This document shows, piece by piece, positions 11,109 to 19,530 of a DNA stretch of 64,000 nt. The notes beneath the pieces were generated by a model. It was given only the letters and a program-made list of their open reading frames with translations. It had not been told where the DNA came from and did not search any database. A program made the position numbers and the translations under genes. Every line of letters starts with the position of its first letter. Position 1 is the first letter of the stretch. The stretch is from a virus: IMG/VR virus record IMGVR_UViG_3300032282_002699, positions 1-64,000 of that record. One strand, 5' to 3'.

Positions 11109-12200
11109 ATGTCTAAGGGTTTTGGAGGGAGTAGGAGGGAACTGATACCTGAGACACACAGGGTCTGTAGGAGGGGCGATGGCTCCATCTATGGGATACC
11201 TGCTGGCAAGAAGTGTAGAAAGGGGGCGGAGGATTATACCACTGTTTACAGAGTAAAAAGGCTCAACGATAAAAAGGAGAGTTTGGGGAAAAAGTTGGTC
11301 GAGTTCATGGAAAAGCCAAGACCTGACGGTGTTGGAAACTTCATGGAGCACCCTGACGAGAAAGCTCTGAAAGTCGTTGACGAGGTGGGGAAGAGAGTTA
11401 AGAAGATAGATCAAAAGATTAACGTATTGGAGGGAAAAAACCCAAACCAGAAGAGATGGGTAGATGGTGACCCCTATGGACTGAAAAAATACTCAAACTT
11501 CTCTTCAACAGCCAGAAGAAACTATGAAGAGGAGATTAAGAATGAGATCTTGGCTCAGGGTGTGCCAGGGAAAAAGGCCGTTCTAGTTGTAGGGGGTCCG
11601 GGATCCAAAAAGATGACCTTATCGGAGAAGAAACTAGCGGCTGCCAAGGGGTTTGTCATCGTCAACCCAGAGGCTATTAGAAACCTGGATCCCGTAATGA
11701 GAGTCGGAAAGGCTTTAGGGGTAAGAAACTCCTCAGCAATGTCTCACGGTAACGCAAAGAGATTGGCTAAGGAGGTCTATGAGGCAGCTAGGGATAAAGG
11801 GTTAAATGTGGTCGTTAGTGTGTCGGGAGTTAAGGCTGATAAACACATTGAGAAGATTAGGGACTTGAAGGGTAGGGGGTACAGGGTGTCTGTATTGGCT
11901 TACCATGTGAACCCTAAAGAGGGAATAGCTCGATCCATATCCAGGTTAGAGAGGCTAGGGACGTTCATTCCCGTCAGCCATGTTCGGAGAGCCCATCTAT
12001 CTATACCTGAACAAATAGAAAAGATGTCTAGGGAAGCTGATAATGCAATTATGTTCGATGTGGGCAGGGGTAGAAACATCGTTCAGTACCAAGCAGGAGC
12101 TATGGTTGGACCGCTATCCCAAGATTTACAGGGGTTTAGAAGAGAGTTTGGCTCCCCCGGCCAACAGCAAACCGCCCCCATCCCCGTAACCACTACCTAG
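11109..12200 (+). CDS. Zeta-toxin-like P-loop protein with degenerate motifs and a Cys-containing leader
   Basis: Paralog of 12929; Walker A reads GGPGSKKMT; N-terminal CRRGDGSIYGIPAGKKCRKG. Confidence 0.7.
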   Translation: MSKGFGGSRRELIPETHRVCRRGDGSIYGIPAGKKCRKGAEDYTTVYRVKRLNDKKESLGKKLVEFMEKPRPDGVGNFMEHPDEKALKVVDEVGKRVKKIDQKINVLEGKNPNQKRWVDGDPYGLKKYSNFSSTARRNYEEEIKNEILAQGVPGKKAVLVVGGPGSKKMTLSEKKLAAAKGFVIVNPEAIRNLDPVMRVGKALGVRNSSAMSHGNAKRLAKEVYEAARDKGLNVVVSVSGVKADKHIEKIRDLKGRGYRVSVLAYHVNPKEGIARSISRLERLGTFIPVSHVRRAHLSIPEQIEKMSREADNAIMFDVGRGRNIVQYQAGAMVGPLSQDLQGFRREFGSPGQQQTAPIPVTTT

Positions 12201-12210
12201 TCTCAGTAAA

Positions 12211-12378
12211 ATGGCAAAAGTTGACATAAAATCCCTACTAAGTAGCGACAAAAGGGAAGAAGCTCAGGCTGATAAAATAGATAAGAAAGAGATTATAAAG
12301 GCTGTACGCAGGTACCCTAAAGATACCCCAGAGGAGTTCGATGAAATCGGATGGGAAGACTTCATGGACCCCCTCTGA
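12211..12378 (+). CDS. Small protein with an acidic C-terminus (55 aa), candidate antitoxin/immunity; not in the ORF track
   Basis: MAKVDIKSLL...PEEFDEIGWEDFMDPL; starts 10 nt after the upstream stop and fills the gap. Confidence 0.6.
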   Translation: MAKVDIKSLLSSDKREEAQADKIDKKEIIKAVRRYPKDTPEEFDEIGWEDFMDPL

Positions 12379-12391
12379 GTGAGGAGTTACT

Positions 12392-12925
12392 ATGAAAAGG
12401 TGTAGTAAAGGAAAGTCATGTGGAGGAACTTGCATCTCTAGGGTTAAAGTTTGCCTGAAAGGACTAGGGGCTAATGCAGATTCCTCTGTTGGACGGCTTA
12501 GGGAAAAGTTAAAGCCAAGCAAGGTTAGTGAAGAGTGGTTTAAGGAAGGTGCCTTCAAGGCGTTTAAGAAACCAGCTAAAGAGCCCTTTGAGGTGGCTCA
12601 AAAGGCAGGGACTATCCAGACCTTAGAGGGCCCTGTCAAGTATGGGAAGGGGTTCTACATAATAACTGGTCCAAAGGGAGAGAAGTACCCTATACCACCC
12701 GAAACTTTTGCCAAGTTGAAGGTTGACAACGGGGATGGCACTGCTAGTCCTAAGAAGATCGTAAAGTTGGCCAAAGAAGCTGACCACTCGGGGGAGGTTA
12801 AAACATCTTGGGGGGAAACTCTTAAGTATAAGCCGGGTGAGGATGTTATTGTAAGGCACGGGGACGGGGATTACGGGGTAGTCAAGAGGGGCATATTTGA
12901 GGAGACATATCAAAGGGAGGGGTGA
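12392..12925 (+). CDS. Cys-rich leader fused to a PGDYG-like domain
   Basis: MKRCSKGKSCGGTCISRVKVC; internal duplication ending in GDGDYGVVKRGIFEETY; GAGGAG RBS. Confidence 0.7.
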   Translation: MKRCSKGKSCGGTCISRVKVCLKGLGANADSSVGRLREKLKPSKVSEEWFKEGAFKAFKKPAKEPFEVAQKAGTIQTLEGPVKYGKGFYIITGPKGEKYPIPPETFAKLKVDNGDGTASPKKIVKLAKEADHSGEVKTSWGETLKYKPGEDVIVRHGDGDYGVVKRGIFEETYQREG

Positions 12926-12928
12926 CAA

Positions 12929-14062
12929 ATGGGTAAGCGGTGTAGTAAAGGGAAATCGTGTGGGGGAACTTGCATAGCCAGACTCAAAGCGTGTTTGATT
13001 GACATAAGTGGGAAGATAAAGTCTTTCCTGGGGAAGGCACGAGATAAGATAAGCGGGAGGCCCAAAGGAGAGTCGTCCGTTGAAGAGAAGATTGATAAGC
13101 TCACAAAGGCAAGAGAAAGGTTTGTAGAGCGGGAGTTCAATAAGCTAAACCAGGATAGGGGGGATGGTAAGGGAACTCACCTTGAAAACCCTAACGAAAA
13201 GTCCTATGCGATGCTGAAGAAACTACATGAGTATACTGAGAACGTAGATAGTATGCTCAACAGGTTAGAGAATAGGCCCCTGGTTACTGCAGTGGATGCT
13301 AATGGTAAAAAGTTTAAGCATGAGCCTAAACGTTGGTATAAAGATAGGCATAATCTGGGCAGGTTCAAGGACTTAAACTCCAAAGCCAGAAAGGAGTTTG
13401 AGGAGAGTCTTATTGAAAATGTCCTGAGTAAGGGGGTAAAAAGTGACTCTCCGCAGGCTATTTTCATGATGGGTGGTCCTGCTTCAGGGAAGTCTACTTT
13501 GCTGGATAAAAGATTTGGTGGGAACCCTAAGGGCTTCCTTGTTATTGACTCAGACAAGATAAAGTCCATTCTTCCTGAGTTTCTCTTTGGGGCCGGAGCT
13601 GGGGACAAGGAGATAGCGGGTAAAGTTCACCAGAGGAGTTCAGAAATAGCAAGGGAGATCCTTAGAAGGGCTAAAGAGAGGGGTTTTAATATAATGTGGG
13701 ATGGCACGGGGGCAGATAGAGAGCTATACACTAATAACGCTGTGGAACTAAAGAAGCTGGGCTACAAAACTCAGTTAATCGCTCAACATATCCCTGAGAG
13801 GGTCGGAATACAACGAGCAGTCAGAAGGGCAGAACTACCACTTAGTATGGGCGGAGGAAGATTCGTACCCCTAAACTTCATTGAAGATGCGTATAACAAG
13901 GTTCCCCGGCACTTTGAGCCACTGGCTAAGCTGTTCGGCTCAGCAACTATCTCTGATGGAATCAGCGGTAAGCAGATTATGCAGTATGGTGGGGGCAAGC
14001 TCACTTCTGAAGACCGCTCAACAGCCCCCCGGTTCCGCCGGAGGTACGGGGATAAGGGTTGA
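12929..14062 (+). CDS. Cys-rich leader fused to a zeta toxin-family kinase
   Basis: RCSKGKSCGGTCIARLKAC; intact GGPASGKST, IDSDKIK, WDGTG and RAVRR...GGRFVP. Confidence 0.8.
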   Translation: MGKRCSKGKSCGGTCIARLKACLIDISGKIKSFLGKARDKISGRPKGESSVEEKIDKLTKARERFVEREFNKLNQDRGDGKGTHLENPNEKSYAMLKKLHEYTENVDSMLNRLENRPLVTAVDANGKKFKHEPKRWYKDRHNLGRFKDLNSKARKEFEESLIENVLSKGVKSDSPQAIFMMGGPASGKSTLLDKRFGGNPKGFLVIDSDKIKSILPEFLFGAGAGDKEIAGKVHQRSSEIAREILRRAKERGFNIMWDGTGADRELYTNNAVELKKLGYKTQLIAQHIPERVGIQRAVRRAELPLSMGGGRFVPLNFIEDAYNKVPRHFEPLAKLFGSATISDGISGKQIMQYGGGKLTSEDRSTAPRFRRRYGDKG

Positions 14063-14087
14063 CACGTCCCCCCTTACCGGCTATAAT
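14059..14087 (+). promoter_or_regulatory. Consensus sigma70 promoter overlapping the zeta stop codon
   Basis: TTGACA-N17-TATAAT. Confidence 0.85.
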
Positions 14088-14113
14088 ATTGAAAGACGAC
14101 CCCCGAGGAAAAC

Positions 14114-14287
14114 ATGGACTACCTTAAGATGCTGGATCTGTTTCCCCAACCCGACGACACTGCCGACGACGCAGTGCTCACCCCTGAGAGCCTTGAGGCA
14201 GTGATGAAAAACACGTTTGCCCCTGACCCTAAGACGGATGAGGTCTACAAGGGGTTTAACTTCGATGCCGGTCTTGAACCTAACTGA
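14114..14287 (+). CDS. Small acidic protein (57 aa), candidate zeta antitoxin; not in the ORF track
   Basis: MDYLKMLDLFPQPDDTADDAVLTPESLEAVMKNTFAPDPKTDEVYKGFNFDAGLEPN; own promoter and GAGG RBS. Confidence 0.7.
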   Translation: MDYLKMLDLFPQPDDTADDAVLTPESLEAVMKNTFAPDPKTDEVYKGFNFDAGLEPN

Positions 14288-14448
14288 ACCGCAGGACTTA
14301 AGAAGACAATGAGCACTGAGATGACTTTCCCCGAGCTTGCGAGGACAGTTATAGATTCCTTGTACTTCTTCACTGCTTTTATAGGCGGCGTGTTTATTGG
14401 TTACCTGATGGGGTATAGAGATGGTAACGATAACTTCTGAGTGACGGT

Positions 14449-14640
14449 ATGGCTTCATTGAACGATGGGGATAAGGGACACAGGGTTCATCAGGTTAAGT
14501 CTCGGTGGTATTACATCTTTTGGGGGATTGCTACGGTCATAGTCTTTTCAGGCCAGATGTTTGTTGGGGTCGGGTATCGCCAAATGGCTGATCAACAACA
14601 CGAGCTTACTGAAGTTGTCCAGAAACTTCTCACTAAGTAA
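14449..14640 (+). CDS. Small membrane protein
   Basis: QVKSRWYYIFWGIATVIVFSGQMFVG hydrophobic segment. Confidence 0.55.
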   Translation: MASLNDGDKGHRVHQVKSRWYYIFWGIATVIVFSGQMFVGVGYRQMADQQHELTEVVQKLLTK

Positions 14641-14684
14641 CCTTTTAGTTATACTTACATTGGGGATAGGAAAGGTGGGTTAGG

Positions 14685-14714
14685 TTGACGGACGGGGGCC
14701 AGACCCTGTATAAT
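14685..14714 (+). promoter_or_regulatory. Sigma70-type promoter
   Basis: TTGACG-N18-TATAAT. Confidence 0.65.
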
Positions 14715-15290
14715 ATGCAAGAAGCTGCTTTAAGGTCACGTCCCGCTCCCTCCCCCCTCTGACACTGCCTTCCACCCCAGGTGCCCTGAAGGTGACTCCT
14801 GAGCAGTGGCTGGAGTATCTGGCCCCCACGCTGGAGGATCAGCGAGGGGACATGGAGACCTTTGGCCCCTGGAACATCCCGGTTCGCTTCAAGGCCCCCG
14901 CCGTCTCAATTGAATGGGGGGAGCACGGCTTCGCAGTCTCCCACACCCTGCACGGGTTCCGCACCTTGTCAGCACTGAAGGAGAGCGGGTACCAACTAGA
15001 GGGACGGGTCTCCATCCGGGGAGAGAAACGCCGAGGATTCACCAGCTCCCTGCTCTGCGAACTGCCTGACGGCAAGCTGCTGGAGACTGCTGTGATCCAC
15101 GTCTGCAAATCTTGAGACTTCCTGCACTTCAGGGGGATTGGCGAATATTCGCCTTGCCGATCCCCCTCCACTCCATTATGCTGTAACCACTGAGACACAG
15201 CCACTTGATTGACTCCAAAGGGACGGGGCAGCGTTCCCCTCCGTTCTTAACTGAGCTTAACACCGTCCCACCTAAATTCCGCCACGGAGA

Positions 15291-15833
15291 ATGACACTCC
15301 CAAACATCGAACATCTGGACATTGATAAAATGTCCATTGAAGACATTGATAACCTTATCCCTCAGTTGGATGAGGCAATGGAAGAACTCAAAAGCCGCAA
15401 ACCTATTCACGAGGTTGTAAGCGACAAGTTCTCTGAGTGTTGGCCACCCATTGAGGAAGAGCTTACCAACGAGTTTCAAGGGACCCTTGAGGAGGAAAAG
15501 GAGCAGTTCCTTTTCAACCACGGGTTTAAGTTGGTTCTTGAAAAGTCAATCGGCGAGGAACACACCAATGAGTTTCTCCGGGTTCTCAAGGTTTGTCTGA
15601 GGAAGAAAAACTTCCGGGCAAATGCAAGGTTTTATAGAAAAGTGAACAACCCCGAGGTCAGTAAAGTAGCCCAGGTAGGGTTCGCCGTTTACCGTCTTCA
15701 CCTTTCTAGCAAAAAGTCGGACAAGTTTATCGGAGGGAACTGGATTAAAGGGGAAATTTCTGAACTGAAAAGGGATGAGAGCCCCGCAGCCCAAGCTGCT
15801 ATCAGGGATTTCACGGAAATCGGTCTGATCTAA
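15291..15833 (+). CDS. Hypothetical helical protein
   Basis: 180 aa ORF with GGAG RBS. Confidence 0.6.
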   Translation: MTLPNIEHLDIDKMSIEDIDNLIPQLDEAMEELKSRKPIHEVVSDKFSECWPPIEEELTNEFQGTLEEEKEQFLFNHGFKLVLEKSIGEEHTNEFLRVLKVCLRKKNFRANARFYRKVNNPEVSKVAQVGFAVYRLHLSSKKSDKFIGGNWIKGEISELKRDESPAAQAAIRDFTEIGLI

Positions 15834-15867
15834 TCAGACCCTAACCATTTTTAACTCAAACAAAGTC

Positions 15868-16410
15868 ATGCAACCGACTGAAGTCTCCACCCTTGAAGCC
15901 TTCAAGGAAAACCTGCTCCAACGTAAAGCCGAGCTTGAAGCTCAGAAAGAACAAGAGGTATCGGTTAAGGAGAAGCTGGAAGACCTGCTGAATGGCAAGT
16001 GGGCTAAAAACCAAAAAGTTCTGGAGGATGGCTACAACAAGAGATTGTCTAGAATGAAGCAGATCGTTCAGTTGGAGCTGGCGATCATTGAGGCCATTCG
16101 GGAGTCAATTGAGCCTGAGGTGGTTGCAAAGGTCGAGGAGGTCTACCTTAAGGTTCGCAAGAGCAACGACCTTACTCAAACGGTCGGCATGTATAGTCAG
16201 TACGCCCGAGACAACTACAAAGTTCGCAAAGTCTTTAAGCTGATTAACGCCGTTTATAGATACAACCGGGATATTATTTCAGGGATGGTTCCTGCTACAA
16301 CCATCAAGTCCTTAATCAAGGATTGCGTTACCTGCCCCACCTGTGGTGAAGTGGCTATGGAAGTCCTATGCAGGATGATCGATAGCAAAGCAGTTCTTCT
16401 ACCTGCCTGA
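15868..16410 (+). CDS. Hypothetical coiled-coil protein with a C-terminal Cys cluster
   Basis: 180 aa ORF with CVTCPTC; followed by a terminator-like hairpin at about 16422-16443. Confidence 0.6.
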   Translation: MQPTEVSTLEAFKENLLQRKAELEAQKEQEVSVKEKLEDLLNGKWAKNQKVLEDGYNKRLSRMKQIVQLELAIIEAIRESIEPEVVAKVEEVYLKVRKSNDLTQTVGMYSQYARDNYKVRKVFKLINAVYRYNRDIISGMVPATTIKSLIKDCVTCPTCGEVAMEVLCRMIDSKAVLLPA

Positions 16411-16794
16411 CGTATAAGCCTAAGGCTTCAACGGGGGCCTTTTGGCCCCCTTATTCCCCCTGTCGAGTCAAATGCCTTCCTACTATGTTCAAACCGACGA
16501 AATCGGAGATTGGGTTGAGAGTTACACAGTTTGGGGGTATGACGGATCCCGCACCATCTGTAACACCTTAGAAGATGTTGAGAAAGTAACGGGTGACGAC
16601 TGGTGCTGGGTTAGTTTGGATGATGCCGTTGTTCATTGGACACGGCAAGCATCCTGGAAAGGCACCACCACTGTTGAGGCTAAGTTTTGGGACTCCCATG
16701 CCCATAAGCACTCTGTAAAGAAGGTTACTCTGAGGGGGTCAACCCCTTGGTATCGCCCTCAACTTACTGCCTGCTGACGAATCGCCGGTTAAGG

Positions 16795-16832
16795 TGGTAT
16801 AATATGGGGGTAAGGGCGGCCGAGCCGCCCAC
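16795..16832 (+). promoter_or_regulatory. Early promoter/stem-loop element, copy 4
   Basis: TGG-TATAAT(16798)-ATGGGGGTAA-GGGCGGC cga GCCGCCC-AC; ATG at 16845. Confidence 0.85.
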
Positions 16833-16844
16833 TGCCTCAAGCAC

Positions 16845-17090
16845 ATGGCTGACGCTGCCACCCTGACCGTTGACAACGCTCTCGACAACCAGGAGTTCAG
16901 TGACTGGTGGGGCAAGGTTCACGCCTCCCTCAAGGACATTTACTGTTGGGATAACGGGCTCATGCTGGAGATCCTGATCGGTTACTATCAGGAAGGGAAG
17001 GACCCTGCTGACACCGCCAAGGTCGCAACCGCAGACTATGAGCAGTGGCAAGGTGAGTTGGAAATGGCCATCCCCATTTGGGATCGTTAA
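16845..17090 (+). CDS. Small acidic hypothetical protein (cassette gene)
   Basis: ORF directly after the promoter element. Confidence 0.7.
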   Translation: MADAATLTVDNALDNQEFSDWWGKVHASLKDIYCWDNGLMLEILIGYYQEGKDPADTAKVATADYEQWQGELEMAIPIWDR

Positions 17091-17693
17091 CCATTATCTG
17101 CTGTATCTGTGGGGCTACCTAGCCCCCCAATCTCCACATCCCTATCTTGAAGGAAAATGGCCACCCCTGTCCCTAACCTCTTTCACGCCCTCAATACTGT
17201 TGCCGATGAGGACGGGTTTGTCCCGTTCTCTGTAGCGAGGTTTGCAGCCACTGCAGCAGCCGTGGACATCTCCTTTGACTATGAGTATGGCAGTCTTAAC
17301 AACATCCGAAGTATAGTGGGGGATTCTGTCGGCATTGATGCCAAAGAGTTCGCTGAGTGGATGGAGAAGGTTACGACAAAATGAACAATAACAACTTTGA
17401 AATAATGAACTTCAACCCAGACCTACTCACTCCGGCTCAACTGGAGGACGTGGAAAGAAAAATAGCAGAGTCTAAGCTCAAAAGGCAGCAGGTCAAGACT
17501 TGGGGAGTCACGTTCCGTGTGTCCTTCCTCCCGTTTGACCACCCAAACGAGGTCATAAATAGCAGGTGTGATTTCAGGAGCACCCTGGTCGATGCGCTAC
17601 CAGAGTTCATCGAAGGCCTGTTTAACCTCAAAGGGGTGGAAAGGGTGACTGACATCCGTGTGAGTGAGCATAATGGCGAAGGGGAGGGACCCC

Positions 17694-17750
17694 TTGCGTT
17701 TGGGCCGGGGGACGTAGTATAATATGGGGGTAAGGCGGCAGGGCCGCCAC
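17694..17750 (+). promoter_or_regulatory. Early promoter/stem-loop element, copy 5
   Basis: TTGCGT-N18-TATAAT(17718)-ATGGGGGTAA-GGCGGC agg GCCGCC-AC; ATG at 17763. Confidence 0.85.
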
Positions 17751-17762
17751 TGCTTCAGACCC

Positions 17763-18077
17763 ATGAACGACGTTATCCAGACCATGCTCAATCAGATCGG
17801 CGGCATCGGCCCCATCTGTGCCATGACGGGTGCTCGGATCATTTACGACAATGAGACCGACTCGGCCACCCTCCACTTCAAGCGTCAGATTGGTGCCAAC
17901 AAGATCAGCCACCTCAAGCTGACCTACAACCCTGGGACTGACTTGTACGACATGAAGGGCTACCGCTACAACAAGCGCACCTTTGCTTGTCCTGAAGTCT
18001 GGTCGCAGCAAATGGTTTATGCCGATTGCCTCAAGCGTGTATGTGAGGATGTAACTGGTCTCTACTTCACCCTCTGA
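17763..18077 (+). CDS. Phage hypothetical protein (cassette gene)
   Basis: QIGG...AMTGA...TDLYDM...VYADCL...TGLY pattern; start placed after the element. Confidence 0.7.
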   Translation: MNDVIQTMLNQIGGIGPICAMTGARIIYDNETDSATLHFKRQIGANKISHLKLTYNPGTDLYDMKGYRYNKRTFACPEVWSQQMVYADCLKRVCEDVTGLYFTL

Positions 18078-18111
18078 GGTGGTCGGTAAGGAACCGGTAA
18101 GAATGCGGATG

Positions 18112-18136
18112 AAGCCTCGGGAAACCGGGGCTTTTT
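18112..18136 (+). terminator. Rho-independent terminator
   Basis: AAGCCTCGG gaaa CCGGGGCTT followed by a T tract. Confidence 0.85.
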
Positions 18137-18333
18137 CTGTTGTTGGTTTTTCCTCGCCCCTCGGGATGCTGACGAAAGCAGACAGGGTTGCTAGTGGGGG
18201 TAATGTTAAGGACGGTAAATAAATTGGCCACTATGCGGGGCAATGACTTGCTTTACCGCCCCCCTAACGTTTAAGATAAATGGGTAAGGGCAACCAAATC
18301 GCCCCCATAACCCAAACCAAAGGAGAACCTAAA

Positions 18334-18600
18334 ATGGCGAACCGCTCTTTGACTATCCGTAAGCCTCTGGCCCTGTACTCCCGTCTGACGGACCTGGAAA
18401 ACCTCACAGTGAGGGAAGCTCAAGACACCAATGCTCGGGACAGGGTTCAGAACACTCTCCGTATCAACGGTGCTGAGGTGTCCTTCACCGTGACCCCGAT
18501 GGTGGCTCAACCTGGTCGTTACTACCGCCTCTTCCGTGTCAACGGGAAGCGGACTGCCAAAGAGGAAGTTCCCCAGAAGCTCCTGACCGGGGCTTCCTGA
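18334..18600 (+). CDS. Hypothetical protein, paralog of 18799
   Basis: AAGGAG RBS; shared IRKP..L..RL and INGA.V.FTVTP motifs. Confidence 0.75.
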   Translation: MANRSLTIRKPLALYSRLTDLENLTVREAQDTNARDRVQNTLRINGAEVSFTVTPMVAQPGRYYRLFRVNGKRTAKEEVPQKLLTGAS

Positions 18601-18620
18601 TCTGCCCCAGGGAACAAATG

Positions 18621-18652
18621 AAAAAAAGGGGGGGGAGACCCCCTATTTTTTT
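18621..18652. terminator. Bidirectional terminator-like hairpin
   Basis: A tract, G/C stem, T tract. Confidence 0.7.
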
Positions 18653-18743
18653 GTCTGTTTGGTTGGTCCGTAGGACATAGCTCCCGCCAGGAGTCAGGTT
18701 ATAGACAGGTCCAAGGGGGGCCTATTGCGTGCCCGTCCCAATG

Positions 18744-18781
18744 TGCTATAATATTGGGGTAAGGGCGGTTGACCCGCCCAC
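18744..18781 (+). promoter_or_regulatory. Early promoter/stem-loop element, copy 6
   Basis: TGC-TATAAT(18747)-ATTGGGGTAA-GGGCGG ttgac CCGCCC-AC; AAGGAG RBS; ATG at 18799. Confidence 0.85.
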
Positions 18782-18798
18782 CTTTAAGGAGAAACACC

Positions 18799-19056
18799 AT
18801 GCCCCCTCTCAACATCCGCAAGCCCCAGACCCTGTTCAACCGTCTGCAGAAGATGGAGACCGAGGCCATGCAAGAGGCCCAAAACGCAGGGATCCTGGAA
18901 CGGGTTCACCGGACTGCCCGGATCAACGGTGCTACGGTCACCTTCACTGTGACCCCCACCGTTCGCCGTGGGCAGTTCTACCGCTACTTCCGTATCGACG
19001 GGAAGCTGACCCCCAAGGAAACCGTCGCTCAGCGACTCCTGCCGGTTGCCGTGTGA
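18799..19056 (+). CDS. Hypothetical protein, paralog of 18334
   Basis: Collinear similarity to 18334; followed by the hairpin AGGGGGC ttcg GCCCCCT (19073-19090). Confidence 0.75.
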   Translation: MPPLNIRKPQTLFNRLQKMETEAMQEAQNAGILERVHRTARINGATVTFTVTPTVRRGQFYRYFRIDGKLTPKETVAQRLLPVAV

Positions 19057-19530
19057 ACTGGTGCTGACGGGTAGGGGGCTTCGGCCCCCTTCCTTCATAG
19101 GTAGTTCCTCTCATCACGATCAATCGCAATAGGGAAATGTTCAAGTTTGCCACCCCTACTCGCCCCAAAGTTGAGCCCATTACTCCGCCGACTGACCCCC
19201 AAGACAGGCGAGAGGAATTTAAGGTTCATGTAAGGTTCCCAGGCAAGCGGGTTCTGCTAGGATGGAGCCATCATGAGGGGATAACCCTTATGGCGCTCAG
19301 GGAGCCCAGTGTATCGGAACCTGTTGTTATGGGGAAAGTGTTTCAAACCCTTGAGTTCGATCTCGATACCCCTATTACCGAGGTTTGGCAAGGGGCCTCT
19401 GTCCTAGTTGCTTCACATTTGAGCTGATCATCGGTCACTCTATCGAGCTATTAGTTTCCCCTAGGTTTAGCAAATCTGGGGGAATGAGTCTAGTCAACTC
19501 TTCAATCGACTTCCTTCGACTTACTGAAAA

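Noticed and set aside
18165-18185. CTGACGA-AAGC resembling a hammerhead ribozyme core
   Set aside because: The stem II / GAAA / cleavage-triplet arrangement cannot be built.
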